DNA of 64,000 nt from an uncultured Candidatus Saccharibacteria bacterium (GCA_964593375.1 CAZQIF010000001.1:6405-70404), one strand, 5' to 3'; positions 37,295 to 47,476 are shown, numbered from the stretch's first letter. Numbers and translations are program-made. The notes: generated by a model from the sequence alone, not told the origin.

Positions 37295-38410
37295 ATGCTC
37301 GAGAATAATTTCTTACTCAGACTCTATCGAGGTGATATTGATTTTGTTGTATCCTTTTGGGTTTACTCAATATTTGTTCCGATTGTTACTTTTTGTATCG
37401 TTGGCTTCTTTATTGATGTATTTAGTGACGATATATTTCTCGCAATCGCAATTTTTTATATTTTTTATGTCATCATTGCATGGATTGGTACGTGGCGAGC
37501 AGGAAGAAGGCATGCTGGGTCTGTGAAAATTAAAGAAGCATTGCAAGCACTTTTTATTCTCATCATTGTCTACGGTGTATACAGTGTCAGTTCGGAGAAT
37601 ATGGCTGACAAATCACCTGAGAAAGTAATCATAACGCAGGGAACAACAACTATTACGAATAATGTAGATAATCAGACAGAAGCTGATTCTGAAGCAGCCA
37701 CAGAAGATAAGTGTAATGTTGTTGCGATTGAAATGCATGGTGGTCTGCTCACGTACATTCCAACAAAAGGCTACGACGACATGTTTGAAAATTATGGTGA
37801 CACAGTCGCGAGTGAAAATATAACATCAACTATTACATCAGCAAATAAAACTGAGAATATTAAAGCAATCATAATAGAAGTTGATTCGGGCGGAGGTTCG
37901 CCGGTCGCGGCTGAGGAAGTAGCTATTGCGATAAAAAATAGTGAGAAACCAGTCGTTGCATTTATTCGTGAAGGAGGACTTTCTGCTGCGTACTGGGGAA
38001 TTAGTAGTGCAGATAAAATCTACGCATCAAAAAATTCAGACGTGGGGAGTATCGGTGTAACTATGTCGTATTTGAGTAATGCTGAAAACAATGAAAATGC
38101 TGGTTATCGGTATGAGCAACTCAGTTCAGGCAAATTCAAAGACTCTGGTGACCCTGATAAATCGCTCACTGACGAGGAGCGAGAACTTTTCATGAGAGAC
38201 ATTAATATTATTAGTGAAAACTTCATTCAAGCAGTGGCAGAAAATCGAAACATACCGATTGAAGAGGTGACAAAAATTGCTGACGGTTCGTCAGTGCTTG
38301 GTGAGGCTGCTAAAAATTTAAGATTGATTGATGAAATTGGTGGACTTCCTGAGGTTTTGAAGGAAATTGAAGCTCGCATTGGTGAAAAACCAGTCCTTTG
38401 TTGGGATTGA
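37295..38410 (+). CDS. sppA: signal peptide peptidase SppA (S49 family, 36K type) with an N-terminal multi-TM extension
   Basis: S49 core IIIEVDSGGGSPVAAEEVAIAI...SAAYWGISSADKIYA...GSIGV. Confidence 0.85.
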   Translation: MLENNFLLRLYRGDIDFVVSFWVYSIFVPIVTFCIVGFFIDVFSDDIFLAIAIFYIFYVIIAWIGTWRAGRRHAGSVKIKEALQALFILIIVYGVYSVSSENMADKSPEKVIITQGTTTITNNVDNQTEADSEAATEDKCNVVAIEMHGGLLTYIPTKGYDDMFENYGDTVASENITSTITSANKTENIKAIIIEVDSGGGSPVAAEEVAIAIKNSEKPVVAFIREGGLSAAYWGISSADKIYASKNSDVGSIGVTMSYLSNAENNENAGYRYEQLSSGKFKDSGDPDKSLTDEERELFMRDINIISENFIQAVAENRNIPIEEVTKIADGSSVLGEAAKNLRLIDEIGGLPEVLKEIEARIGEKPVLCWD

Positions 38411-38466
38411 TATTTTATCGACACATACGCCTTTAACGTGCGAGTGTTGGTGTATCATTAATCCAT

Positions 38467-38811
38467 ATGGCCTACGTTGAGGACTTATACGATATTCAAG
38501 AAGTTACAAATGCGCTTCATGAACTATTTGCTGGCTCTGGACTTCAGGTGGAATTTGAGGAGGTGTACATTGGCGACCTCCACACAAGTTATCTCATAAA
38601 CTTGCCACAACCCGAACAACTCGCGGAATACAAACCACTTTTATATGATGCGGTTGCAGAACTTCTCGGTACGACAAACTTCACCATCGAAGCTCCTGTT
38701 GGGGAAACCAATAATCAAATGCTCATAACGCTGCTCATTCCATACATTGAAAGTGAGGAAAGTTTTTTTGATACCATCAAGTCATACTTTCAAAGTTGGA
38801 ATGATTTTTAG
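38467..38811 (+). CDS. hypothetical protein (114 aa, acidic)
   Basis: ORF with no family recognised. Confidence 0.55.
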   Translation: MAYVEDLYDIQEVTNALHELFAGSGLQVEFEEVYIGDLHTSYLINLPQPEQLAEYKPLLYDAVAELLGTTNFTIEAPVGETNNQMLITLLIPYIESEESFFDTIKSYFQSWNDF

Positions 38812-38841
38812 TACACAATCCCTGAGTGATATAATATTTTA

Positions 38842-40107
38842 ATGAAATTAACTAAAAAACAGCTTTTCGGTTTACTTGCAGTTATTTTTATTTTTGGAGC
38901 AATATATTACATATTTTTTTATTCACCTTCGTATTTTTCATACTCAAGTTGTAGCAACAGTAGTCTTGGATTACCAAATCGAATTGAGTCTGTGGAATGG
39001 TCTGGTAATGATTTGATAGTACACACGAAAGCAAATGCTAATTGCGCAATACGAAAACTTGTAGGTAACTACTCAGTTTCAGGAGAAACGATTACTCTTA
39101 CGGTTGAATCAAAATTCTGGCCTGTATTTGCAATGTGTAATTGTGCATACAACAGTACGTTTGTGCTTGATTCTCTACCCAAAAAGGATTATACGATTAA
39201 CTTACTTATCGAAGGGAGACAAACCGACACTTTAACGTACAAATCAAATGGTGAAGTGAGTGATTATTGTGATAGTGATAGAAGTTATACGTGCTATGCC
39301 TCATACGCAGGAGATGTCCAACGGTTTAACCTCTTCACTAAAAATATGGAGACAAAGGTGACTCAACCAATGATTGTATACGATACAGAGGAAAACAAAC
39401 GTATAGCAGAAAGCGACCCAAATTTTCTCAGACTTTTCAAAAAATATGATATGCCTTACGTGAATAACTACAAAGTGGTACGTTTCTATTTTGATGAAAA
39501 CTCACAAGGCATTCGTATAAAAAGCACCGACTCAGTTGAGAGTGAGTCCGGGGCAGACAGCCCGCTTTCAGTACGTGACTCAAGCGCAAGAAATTTTACA
39601 GAAGGAGTTGAGCAGTATGTTGCAGCAAAATCATTCTTGGAATCTCAAGGTTCACTCGAGTGGAATTTGAAAAAACGACTTAATTTAGAAAATCTTAGCA
39701 TCCATGCAAACGAAGCGGGCTTTGATTTTTCCATCAATGGTGAACCATATTCTTATCAAGGTCCATTTAGTGGTTATGAACAAAAGGGGAGTATAAATTA
39801 CGGCGATATGCGATTTGATTTTGAAACTGGATTTCCGACTGTGTCAGAACTCGAGCGCACAACATTAAACTCGTTCATTGATGTTGTGAATAGAGTTCAT
39901 ACGCTCATCATAAACGACACTAACATTGATGCAGAGAGCATAATCTTCATTTCAATTGACATGCAAAAAATGACTGCAAGCTTTAATGCACAGACAAATC
40001 CAGAAAAGGAAGGGAAGGAAGAACACATAACCGTACATAATTACGACATTACGAAATACATTCCAATACAAAAATCGTATAATCTTGATATTAGTCTTCC
40101 AGAATAA
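38842..40107 (+). CDS. hypothetical membrane-anchored/secreted protein (421 aa, Cys-containing extracytoplasmic domain)
   Basis: N-terminal TM anchor. No family recognised. Confidence 0.7.
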   Translation: MKLTKKQLFGLLAVIFIFGAIYYIFFYSPSYFSYSSCSNSSLGLPNRIESVEWSGNDLIVHTKANANCAIRKLVGNYSVSGETITLTVESKFWPVFAMCNCAYNSTFVLDSLPKKDYTINLLIEGRQTDTLTYKSNGEVSDYCDSDRSYTCYASYAGDVQRFNLFTKNMETKVTQPMIVYDTEENKRIAESDPNFLRLFKKYDMPYVNNYKVVRFYFDENSQGIRIKSTDSVESESGADSPLSVRDSSARNFTEGVEQYVAAKSFLESQGSLEWNLKKRLNLENLSIHANEAGFDFSINGEPYSYQGPFSGYEQKGSINYGDMRFDFETGFPTVSELERTTLNSFIDVVNRVHTLIINDTNIDAESIIFISIDMQKMTASFNAQTNPEKEGKEEHITVHNYDITKYIPIQKSYNLDISLPE

Positions 40108-40119
40108 TTATCTAATCAT

Positions 40120-40371
40120 ATGAGTATAGAAGGAGCACCAAAATCACAGTCTAAAGGCCCACAACCAAATTTATCTGATCCCGAGGCACGAAATGCTGAA
40201 ATGATACGAGAGCGCGACCGAATTCAAGGAGAAGTTGATGAAATACAGACAGAGATTTTTGAACTTAATGAAAGTACTGATCCAGACAAATACTCAAAGA
40301 TTAAGGAACTACATCGCAAACAAGAAATGTTAGGAGCGGAAATGGAAGCGATGATGAAACGGTATTCGTAG
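40120..40371 (+). CDS. hypothetical small coiled-coil protein (83 aa)
   Basis: ORF with charged helical composition. Confidence 0.5.
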   Translation: MSIEGAPKSQSKGPQPNLSDPEARNAEMIRERDRIQGEVDEIQTEIFELNESTDPDKYSKIKELHRKQEMLGAEMEAMMKRYS

Positions 40372-40428
40372 CAAACTCTCTAAGAGACCGTAGAGAGTTT
40401 GACTTTGGTGTTGATATATAATAATTCA

Positions 40429-41046
40429 ATGTTGATTTTCATTGATGATTCTGGTGATCCTGGATTTAAATTTGAAAAGGGTTCTTCAAAATATTTTGTT
40501 ATTGCTTTACTAATTTTTGATGACAATCTTGAAGCAGAAAAAATGGCAGTTGCTGTAAAAGAGTTAAGAAGGCAGTTTAAATTATCAGATCGTGAGGAAT
40601 TTAAATTTAATAAATCAAACGATAGAATTCGTAAAGCATTTCTAATTAAAATATGTGAGTATTCGTTCAGAATTCGCTGTCTTATTGTTAATAAAACCCA
40701 TATCTACAGTCCTGAGTTAAAAAATCAAAAAGATAAATTCTATGCGTTTTTTATTAAAGAAGCGCTCAAATATTCTAATGAAACAATTATCGATGCGAAA
40801 ATTCGTATAGATGGAAGTGGCGACAGGGAATTTAAAAAACAGTTTTTTACTTATCTCAGAAAAGAATTAAACTCAAAAGATAAAAGTATTATAAAAAATT
40901 GTAAAATGGTTAACTCAAGAACTGATGTTTTGATTCAAACTGTTGATATGATTGCTGGTGCTGTACGAAGATCTTATGAAAAGAATGAAAAAGTTTATAA
41001 AAGCATTATTCAAAAGCATATCGAAGATGAGTGGTATTTTAGATAA
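40429..41046 (+). CDS. DUF3800 family protein (RNase H-like fold family)
   Basis: N-terminal MLIFIDDSGDPGF matches the hallmark i-y-iDESG start of DUF3800. The gene is very AT-rich. The ORF track starts at TTG 40399 and the first ATG is 40429. Confidence 0.65.
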   Translation: MLIFIDDSGDPGFKFEKGSSKYFVIALLIFDDNLEAEKMAVAVKELRRQFKLSDREEFKFNKSNDRIRKAFLIKICEYSFRIRCLIVNKTHIYSPELKNQKDKFYAFFIKEALKYSNETIIDAKIRIDGSGDREFKKQFFTYLRKELNSKDKSIIKNCKMVNSRTDVLIQTVDMIAGAVRRSYEKNEKVYKSIIQKHIEDEWYFR

Positions 41047-41052
41047 CAAAAA

Positions 41053-41074
41053 ATATCCCGCGAGGGATATTTCC
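41053..41074 (+). terminator. hairpin ATATCCC-gcga-GGGATAT after the DUF3800 gene, preceded by an A-run
   Basis: Seen in the sequence. Confidence 0.45.
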
Positions 41075-41204
41075 AACCACTCGGTCTAGACTGGTTGTCC
41101 CAGCCACGCCACCATCCGGTGACAGTTCGACACGAAAGTTTTTGTATATACACTATATCACTTGACAGACTGAAAATCAATTGTTTTCCACAGACGATTC
41201 AAGT

Positions 41205-41313
41205 ATTTGAAAAACGTAAATATAGTTCAAATTTGAGTATAATTTACGTTTTTCATAGCAAAATACGTAAATTTGAACGAATTCTTAGGTAAATTTACGT
41301 TTTTCAAATTTGA
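41205..41313. repeat. iteron-like array: four copies in alternating orientation of the core ACGTAAAT/ATTTACGT (TGAAAAACGTAAAT, AATTTACGTTTTTCA, AAAATACGTAAATTTGA, AAATTTACGTTTTTCAAATTTGA) plus three AAATTTGA units; a TATAAT sits at 41238-41243
   Basis: Seen directly. A strong terminator follows at 41326-41357. Confidence 0.6.
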
Positions 41314-41325
41314 TAACACATACTA

Positions 41326-41357
41326 ACCGCGAGGGGCGAAGCTCCTCGCGGTTTTTG
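41326..41357 (+). terminator. intrinsic terminator (CCGCGAGG-ggcgaagct-CCTCGCGG followed by TTTTT)
   Basis: Seen in the sequence. No protein-coding gene lies between the previous terminator and this one, which implies a short non-coding transcript. Confidence 0.7.
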
Positions 41358-41470
41358 AAGTGATTTTTGATGCATAATTTCGAAAATCTGGTACGCTAAC
41401 GTCTTACCCCAGTCGCAGAAACTTCCTTACGTCGTTTCGCACGGGGCAGGTGTCATTAACTTTTTAAACT

Positions 41471-42571
41471 ATGAGTTTAAGTGTCGGGATAGTTGGTTTA
41501 CCTAATGTTGGCAAAAGCACGCTTTTTAATGCGCTTACCAAAAATTCTGTACCGGCGGAAAACTATCCATTTTGTACCATTGACCCATCGGTCGGGGTAG
41601 TTCCCGTTCCTGACCATCGACTCGAGACGCTCTCTAAGATTTCAAATTCTGAAAAAATTATTCCTGCGATTGTTGAATTTGTTGATATTGCCGGCATTGT
41701 GAAAGGAGCTTCTGAAGGAGAGGGGCTTGGAAACAAGTTTCTCTCAAATATTCGTGAAGTCGATATGATTGCAGAAGTGGTGCGCATTTTCGATGACCCC
41801 GATGTCATTCACGTCGGTGGTGCCGTTGATCCACTTTCCGACATTGAGGTGATTAACCTTGAGCTCATTCTCGCTGATGCTGAAACCGTTTCAAAAAGAC
41901 TTGGCAACGTCGAAAAGGATGCACGCCGTGGTGATAAGACTGCGATTAAAGAAAAAGAGATGCTCGAACGACTCCTTCCACATCTTGAAAATGGACAACT
42001 TGCAAACACACTACCTATGGACGAGGAGGAAATGTTTATTCTGAAAAGCATTCATCTCCTTACCATGAAGAAGTTCCTTTATGTGCTCAATAAGAAAAAC
42101 GGTTCGTACAACTTTGATGAAACAAATGACGACCGTTGGACTGAGCTTATGGAATTTATGGAAACAACCGGCTCAGAATATGTGCTCATTGATGCCGGTA
42201 TTGAACAAGAGCTTAAAGATTTGGATGAAGCAGACAAAGTTGAGTTTCGTCGTGAGTATGCAACACTCGATTCAGGAATCGATTCACTCATCAAAGCGTG
42301 TTATCACCGCCTTGGACTCATGTCGTATTTCACGACAGGAGAGAAGGAGACACGCGCATGGACGGTACGACAGGGTGCGACTGGCCCAGAAGCAGGTGCA
42401 GCGATTCACACTGATTTTCAGACGAGATACATTCGCGCACAAGTAGTAACATTCGATGATTTGGTGAACTGCGGTTCAATCGCTCAAGCACGCGCAACGG
42501 GAAAGCTTCGTACTGAAGGAAAGGAATACATTGTGCAGGAAAGCGATGTTATTGAATTCATGATTGCATAG
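41471..42571 (+). CDS. ychF: redox-regulated ribosome-binding ATPase YchF
   Basis: G1 [17 protein letters not shown], the conserved NYPFCTIDP, and the TGS-domain C-terminus ..[21 protein letters not shown]. Confidence 0.92.
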   Translation: MSLSVGIVGLPNVGKSTLFNALTKNSVPAENYPFCTIDPSVGVVPVPDHRLETLSKISNSEKIIPAIVEFVDIAGIVKGASEGEGLGNKFLSNIREVDMIAEVVRIFDDPDVIHVGGAVDPLSDIEVINLELILADAETVSKRLGNVEKDARRGDKTAIKEKEMLERLLPHLENGQLANTLPMDEEEMFILKSIHLLTMKKFLYVLNKKNGSYNFDETNDDRWTELMEFMETTGSEYVLIDAGIEQELKDLDEADKVEFRREYATLDSGIDSLIKACYHRLGLMSYFTTGEKETRAWTVRQGATGPEAGAAIHTDFQTRYIRAQVVTFDDLVNCGSIAQARATGKLRTEGKEYIVQESDVIEFMIA

Positions 42572-42732
42572 AGTTTGTTCAAAAACTTCTCATACTGCGT
42601 TGCACTTCGTTCGAAAACACTCATCGTATGTTTAATACGTCTTGTATTTTCTCACTTGTGCGCCTTGTCTGAGAAGCTTTTAACCACACTCTTTACGAGA
42701 TATATAATCAAAAGGTAAACAAGAAATATAGT

Positions 42733-43002
42733 ATGGCTTGGTTTGTATATATTTTACGATGTAGCGACGGCTCACTCTATACGGGAGTGACGACCGATAT
42801 TGATAGACGTTTTATTGAACATAAGGAAGGGAAGACGGGTGCGAAATATACGCGTTCAAGGTTTCCTATTGAAGTTGTGTATCGGGAGACCTGCGCTTCG
42901 CGGAGCGAGGCGCAGGTAAAGGAGTCTGCGCTCAAAAAACTACGGAAAGCAGACAAAGAACTGGTCGTAAAAACATACAGAAAATCTAAGCGAAAACATT
43001 GA
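42733..43002 (+). CDS. GIY-YIG nuclease family protein (UPF0213 / YhbQ-like, standalone)
   Basis: WFVYILRCSDGSLYTGVTTDIDRRFIEHKEG... Confidence 0.8.
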   Translation: MAWFVYILRCSDGSLYTGVTTDIDRRFIEHKEGKTGAKYTRSRFPIEVVYRETCASRSEAQVKESALKKLRKADKELVVKTYRKSKRKH

Positions 43003-43024
43003 CAAAATCGAAACTAATCGTATA

Positions 43025-43558
43025 GTGTCGCCAGTAACTTTGTTCACTGAAAGGGAGAACACAATGGAATTTGAACAACGTATTGAATCACTTTGCTACG
43101 GCGCACAGCCGACTGCGCGCGAAGCAGTGAAGCTTGGTAGGGCGTTTGAACTGCCAAACAAAATCAAGAAGGTAGCCACCTTCACAAACAACTTTGGCGA
43201 GGTGTCGGATATATCGTTTATTCCACACCACTACGCATCGGCGTATCCAAGACTTGAACAACATGACGGGGGCGGCGATATTTCGTCGGGCATTGTCGCA
43301 CTTCCACAACGCTTCAACTGGATTTATCTTGTCATCATGTTGCAAGAGTACAAGGATAATGAAGAAACTAAACAAACAAACGAGATTGACAGCGTCGTGT
43401 ATGCTGACTGGTGGATTGTCGGTAATAGACTTGAACTTCCTCAGGAGCAAGATGGCGCCAAGTGGGTCAAGTATTTCGGGAGCTGGGCGCACTCATCCAT
43501 TTGGCTCATGCGTCCGTCTGGGCTTGGCGTGTTCCTAGCCTGCCTCTACAGATTCTAA
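43025..43558 (+). CDS. hypothetical protein (GC-rich ORF)
   Basis: A strong intrinsic terminator 7 bp after the stop supports the plus frame. There are alternative overlapping ORFs on both strands. Confidence 0.4.
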   Translation: MSPVTLFTERENTMEFEQRIESLCYGAQPTAREAVKLGRAFELPNKIKKVATFTNNFGEVSDISFIPHHYASAYPRLEQHDGGGDISSGIVALPQRFNWIYLVIMLQEYKDNEETKQTNEIDSVVYADWWIVGNRLELPQEQDGAKWVKYFGSWAHSSIWLMRPSGLGVFLACLYRF

Positions 43559-43564
43559 GCAACC

Positions 43565-43597
43565 GGGCGTCGCGAACTTGCGACGCCCTTTCTTTTG
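43565..43597 (+). terminator. intrinsic terminator (GGGCGTCGC-gaactt-GCGACGCCC followed by TTTCTTTT)
   Basis: Seen in the sequence. Confidence 0.75.
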
Positions 43598-43659
43598 GTA
43601 CACTCGCGCACTATTTTTTGTTTACGCAATCATGTGTCACTGATAAAATTTATGCATAC

Positions 43660-44226
43660 ATGAAGAAAAAGCACAAGCGCGTATCCATCACCACTGATGA
43701 ATGGTTTGTTATTGGCTCTATTGCTGCTCTTGCAACGACACTCATCGCACTCCTTCCACCCATGATGAATTCTCCATGGTTCACGGATTTGATTCCACCT
43801 ATTCAATATTTGATATACAACATTGGATTCATACTGCTTACTATCGTCCTCATTGGTGTTCCTATTTCTTACTTACATGACCAAGCGATTGAATACTGGA
43901 ACGTTTTTCGTAGTGGTGTGAGTTCATGGCTTATCTTTAGTTTTATTCTTGACGTATGGCAACCACCATTTGCGTTTGGTACGAATGGTAGCTCACTCAT
44001 CAATGACCCACATTCTTTGTACGGAGCAAGTGTTGACCATATGCTCGGCTGGGTCTACCTACATTTTGTTGATCCAACCGTATTCTTTAATCTACCAGTG
44101 TTAGGCCCTGTTTCATTTCTGTTTATTCTTATTTACTTTATTACACCAATTTGTGCGGTATTTGTCTCTGCACTCCTCTTCAAACCCGGTTTTCTCGTGA
44201 GTATGTTCGGAAATGAGGTATTGTAG
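43660..44226 (+). CDS. hypothetical membrane protein (5-6 TM)
   Basis: The first ATG that clears the upstream terminator (MKKKHKRVSITTDEWFVIGSIAALATT...). The ORF-track frame opens at 43462 inside the previous gene. Confidence 0.6.
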   Translation: MKKKHKRVSITTDEWFVIGSIAALATTLIALLPPMMNSPWFTDLIPPIQYLIYNIGFILLTIVLIGVPISYLHDQAIEYWNVFRSGVSSWLIFSFILDVWQPPFAFGTNGSSLINDPHSLYGASVDHMLGWVYLHFVDPTVFFNLPVLGPVSFLFILIYFITPICAVFVSALLFKPGFLVSMFGNEVL

Positions 44227-44286
44227 CCCAAAGTGTGGACTAACATTTGACTAAATAGCAATTTTCTAGTACTCTGTCACCACTTC

Positions 44287-44310
44287 GCGCCCCACGCTGG
44301 CGCATTTTTA
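44287..44310 (+). terminator. hairpin GCGCC-ccacgct-GGCGC followed by ATTTTTA
   Basis: Seen in the sequence. Confidence 0.55.
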
Positions 44311-44319
44311 TTTCATTGT

Positions 44320-46116
44320 ATGCACGGAAAAGAAACACGAAACATTGCGATTATCGCACACGTTGACCATGGTAAAACAACGCTCACTGACGCCATTATG
44401 CGCCAGACTGGTGCGGTAACAGACGCAAATGTCACCATGGACAGTAACGCACTCGAACAAGAGCGCGGTATTACTATTTACGCAAAGAACACCTCAATCG
44501 AGTACAAGGGTACTAAAATTAACATTGTTGATACACCGGGACACGCAGACTTCGGTTCTGAAGTGGAGCGTGTGCTTCGTTCAATCGACTCAGTGCTTCT
44601 CATCGTCGACGCTCAGGAAGGGCCGATGCCACAAACACGCTTCGTACTTAAGAAATCTCTCGAACTCGGACTCAATCCGATTGTCGTCATTAACAAAATC
44701 GATAAGCCTGCAGCTGACCCACACAAGGCAGAAGAGCAGGTACTTGAACTTTTCCTTGAACTCGGTGCGCATGATGAGCAAGCTGATTTTCCTGTTGTAT
44801 ACGCAATTGGACGACAGGGAATTGCAAAGCGAAAACTCACCGACGAATCGAGTGACCTCACACCGCTTCTCGATGTGATTCTTGAAAACGTTCCACCTGC
44901 AAAAGGATATTCAGAAGGTGAAATTCTTCGTGCACAGGTGTTTAATCTTGGCTATGACAATTTCCTTGGGCGTCTTGCAGTAGCACGCATCTACGAAGGT
45001 GAACTCAAAAATGGACAGAATGTGCATATTCTTCATAATGGACAAACACCACGCAAAGGAAAAGTTGCCAAGCTATTCACCTTCAAAGGTATTGAGCGCG
45101 TTGAGTCAGAAAGTGCTTATGCGGGCGACATAGTAATCGTCGCAGGGTTCAGTGATATCAATATTGGAGAAACGATTAGCGACATTGACGGTGCGCAACC
45201 ACTTGATGCGATTGCAGTAGACCAACCAACGATTGCGCTTGATTTTGTGGTCAACAACTCACCCTTTGCAGGACGAGAAGGAAAATTTGTGACCTCACGA
45301 CAGCTTCGTGAGCGACTTGAGAAAGAACTTGAAATCAATGTAGGACTCAAGGTAGATTTTAATAACGGTGATTCGTTCAAAGTGTATGGACGAGGAGAAA
45401 TGCATATTTCTATTCTTCTTGAGAATATGCGCCGTGAAGGATACGAAATGCAGGTGTCACAACCACAGGCGATTATTGAAGAACGAGAGGATGGGAAGTA
45501 TGAACCGTTTGAGGAAGTAACTGTTGATATTCCAAGCGAGTACCAAGGAGCAGTTATTGACCGCCTCGGACGACGTGCATTCATCATGACCGATATGATT
45601 ACTCATGGTAATCAGGTACGGCTCATTCTCGAAGGTCCAACACGTGGACTTCTTGGCTACAAAGGACAATTTATTATTGACACACGTGGCGAAGGAATTC
45701 TTTGTTCTCGTGTACTCGGTTTCAAGCCATACGCAGGAGAAATCAAAAAACGACAGGCTGGTTCAATGGTTTCAATGGCGAGTGGGAAGGCGCTCGGATT
45801 TTCTCTCTGGAATCTTCAGGATCGTGGACAACTCTACATCGGCCCCGCAACTGAGGTGTATGAAGGAATGGTTATTGGTAACACCTCAAAGGGTGAAGAA
45901 ATGATGGTGAACCCAACGAAAGGAAAACAACTTTCTAACGTGCGTTCTTCAGGAACTGACGAGGCGCTCACGCTCGTGCCACACCGTCCTGTTTCGATTG
46001 AAATTGGTCTTGAAATCATGGCTGACGATGAATATCTCGAGGTTACTCCGCAATCAACGCGTATTCGAAAGCAGGTGCTCAAAGAGACTGATAGAGTTAA
46101 GTCACGAAGAAATTAG
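44320..46116 (+). CDS. typA: translational GTPase TypA/BipA
   Basis: [43 protein letters not shown], and the full domain set through a TypA-specific C-terminus. Confidence 0.93.
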   Translation: MHGKETRNIAIIAHVDHGKTTLTDAIMRQTGAVTDANVTMDSNALEQERGITIYAKNTSIEYKGTKINIVDTPGHADFGSEVERVLRSIDSVLLIVDAQEGPMPQTRFVLKKSLELGLNPIVVINKIDKPAADPHKAEEQVLELFLELGAHDEQADFPVVYAIGRQGIAKRKLTDESSDLTPLLDVILENVPPAKGYSEGEILRAQVFNLGYDNFLGRLAVARIYEGELKNGQNVHILHNGQTPRKGKVAKLFTFKGIERVESESAYAGDIVIVAGFSDINIGETISDIDGAQPLDAIAVDQPTIALDFVVNNSPFAGREGKFVTSRQLRERLEKELEINVGLKVDFNNGDSFKVYGRGEMHISILLENMRREGYEMQVSQPQAIIEEREDGKYEPFEEVTVDIPSEYQGAVIDRLGRRAFIMTDMITHGNQVRLILEGPTRGLLGYKGQFIIDTRGEGILCSRVLGFKPYAGEIKKRQAGSMVSMASGKALGFSLWNLQDRGQLYIGPATEVYEGMVIGNTSKGEEMMVNPTKGKQLSNVRSSGTDEALTLVPHRPVSIEIGLEIMADDEYLEVTPQSTRIRKQVLKETDRVKSRRN

Positions 46117-46126
46117 CTATTACAAC

Positions 46127-46202
46127 TAGCACTTAGCTTTTAGCTTCTGGATTTCTGGTCAAGCCGGAATGACAGACGCGACTAGCATTTAGCTTCTGGA
46201 TT
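46127..46202. repeat. intergenic repeat: two direct copies of CTAGCA(C)TT(AGCTTT)TAGCTTCTGGATT separated by a ..GCCGGAATGACAGA.. spacer; related copy at 63045-63215
   Basis: Seen directly. Confidence 0.5.
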
Positions 46203-46237
46203 GCTTCACTTCGTTCGCAAAGACGTAACTTGCTTAT

Positions 46238-46287
46238 ATTCCATATTCAATATTCTCTATTCCATATTCATTATTCTCCCGTATAAT
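46238..46287 (+). promoter_or_regulatory. tandem 21-bp repeat (ATTCCATATTCAATATTCTCT / ATTCCATATTCATTATTCTCC) followed by a TATAAT -10 box 10 bp upstream of the next start codon
   Basis: Seen directly. Confidence 0.35.
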
Positions 46288-46296
46288 GAAATACAC

Positions 46297-46683
46297 ATGA
46301 AAACGACATACATTTATATTGCACTTATCATTGTGCTCATTGTTGGGCTTGTAGTTGCTCGAAATGCTTCAGATAGACAAATTGTTACCGTAACCTCAAA
46401 GTACGATGTGTTTGCTGAATGTATCAGTAATGCGGGAGCAAAATTCTATGGAGCGTACTGGTGTCCTCACTGCCAAGACCAAAAAAAACTTTTTGAGAAT
46501 TCAAAGAAGCTTCCGTACATTGAGTGTTCTACCCCAGACGGAAAAGGGCAGACAAAGGTATGTGCTGAAGCGGGTGTAACTAGCTACCCAACCTGGAAAT
46601 TTGCTGACGGAACAACTGAAGATGGCCTCCTCCAATTTGATAAACTCGCTGAAAAAACTAATTGTTCTGTACCAACTGAATGA
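46297..46683 (+). CDS. membrane-anchored thioredoxin-fold protein with a CPHC active site (DsbA/thiol-disulfide oxidoreductase-like)
   Basis: GAYWCPHCQDQK. Start set at the first ATG (MKTTYIYIAL...). The ORF-track frame opens at 46201. Confidence 0.75.
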   Translation: MKTTYIYIALIIVLIVGLVVARNASDRQIVTVTSKYDVFAECISNAGAKFYGAYWCPHCQDQKKLFENSKKLPYIECSTPDGKGQTKVCAEAGVTSYPTWKFADGTTEDGLLQFDKLAEKTNCSVPTE

Positions 46684-47204
46684 TAGAGACCATACAAACA
46701 ACAAATTATATTCTGGCGCTCGGCGGTATAGTAATTTTTTTGTTATCAACACTATTTGTTGTTGATTTGTACACAAGCAAATCGCTCAAGCCACTCATTT
46801 CGAGGTGGTGGCTTTGCTTAGCGCTCGCTACAACATTTGGCTCCTCTATGATGACTCTCGTCTACTCAGAAATTTTTGGACTAGTACCTTGTGGCCTTTG
46901 TTGGTTAGGGCGACTATTTCTCTTTCCACAAGTTTTTCTGCTTGCGACTGCTCTCTATTACAAAGATAAAATGTTCGCGCGATACGGAATCGTGCTTTCA
47001 TCATTAGGATTCTGTGTTTCGCTTTATCATCACTATATACAAATGGGTGGAAGTGAGTTCATTAAATGTCCAGCCTCAGGAGCGAGCTGTACACAACGAT
47101 TTCTGTTTGAATTTAACTTTATTACGTTTCCACTCCTTTCAGCGGGGCTCTTTTTCTTTTTAATTGTGCTCTATTACTACGTGCTCAAAGTAGGTAGTGA
47201 TTAA
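46680..47204 (+). CDS. disulfide bond formation protein B-like / VKOR-like membrane oxidoreductase (partner of the thioredoxin-fold protein)
   Basis: Four TM helices. Cys pairs sit in loops (LVPCGLCW; FIKCPASGASC). It overlaps the thioredoxin-like gene by 4 bp (ATGA). Confidence 0.65.
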   Translation: MIETIQTTNYILALGGIVIFLLSTLFVVDLYTSKSLKPLISRWWLCLALATTFGSSMMTLVYSEIFGLVPCGLCWLGRLFLFPQVFLLATALYYKDKMFARYGIVLSSLGFCVSLYHHYIQMGGSEFIKCPASGASCTQRFLFEFNFITFPLLSAGLFFFLIVLYYYVLKVGSD

Positions 47205-47476
47205 CTCATCTCAGTCGGTGGGTTTGCCTTTTGTACTGGGCTTACGATATTCGGATTCCATTCAGCGACAATTTTGCCATGCGCAGTTTCATATTGTTCT
47301 ATCTCATGCGTGAGATATTGAAGTAATCGCTTAGTATGTCCGGGGGTAAGCGAGTAGATTGTTGCCTGTGTTCCTGAGCTCATGCCGATAGCAAAAAATT
47401 CTGGAGTAAATCCAATTTTGATATTTTCACAAAAAAGTTTTGGTGCTTTCTGAAGATCTTCTGATTGCATACGCAT
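47201..47476 (-). CDS. hypothetical protein (DUF3467-like, 91 aa)
   Basis: ..LFCENIKIGFTPEFFAIGM.. resembles the DUF3467 core. The family name is recalled from memory. Confidence 0.5.
   Translation of the reverse strand: MRMQSEDLQKAPKLFCENIKIGFTPEFFAIGMSSGTQATIYSLTPGHTKRLLQYLTHEIEQYETAHGKIVAEWNPNIVSPVQKANPPTEMS

Noticed and set aside
41080-41150. Possible tRNA in the spacer after the DUF3800 gene (GTTCGAC-containing stretch)
   Set aside because: No cloverleaf could be built: there is no T-stem complementarity around the TTCGA-like motif and no acceptor stem.
43088-43538. Alternative ORFs 43088..43492 (-) and 43194..43538 (+) in the GC-rich stretch
   Set aside because: The plus-strand terminator immediately after 43558 supports the 43025..43558 frame. 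Even that call is kept at low confidence.
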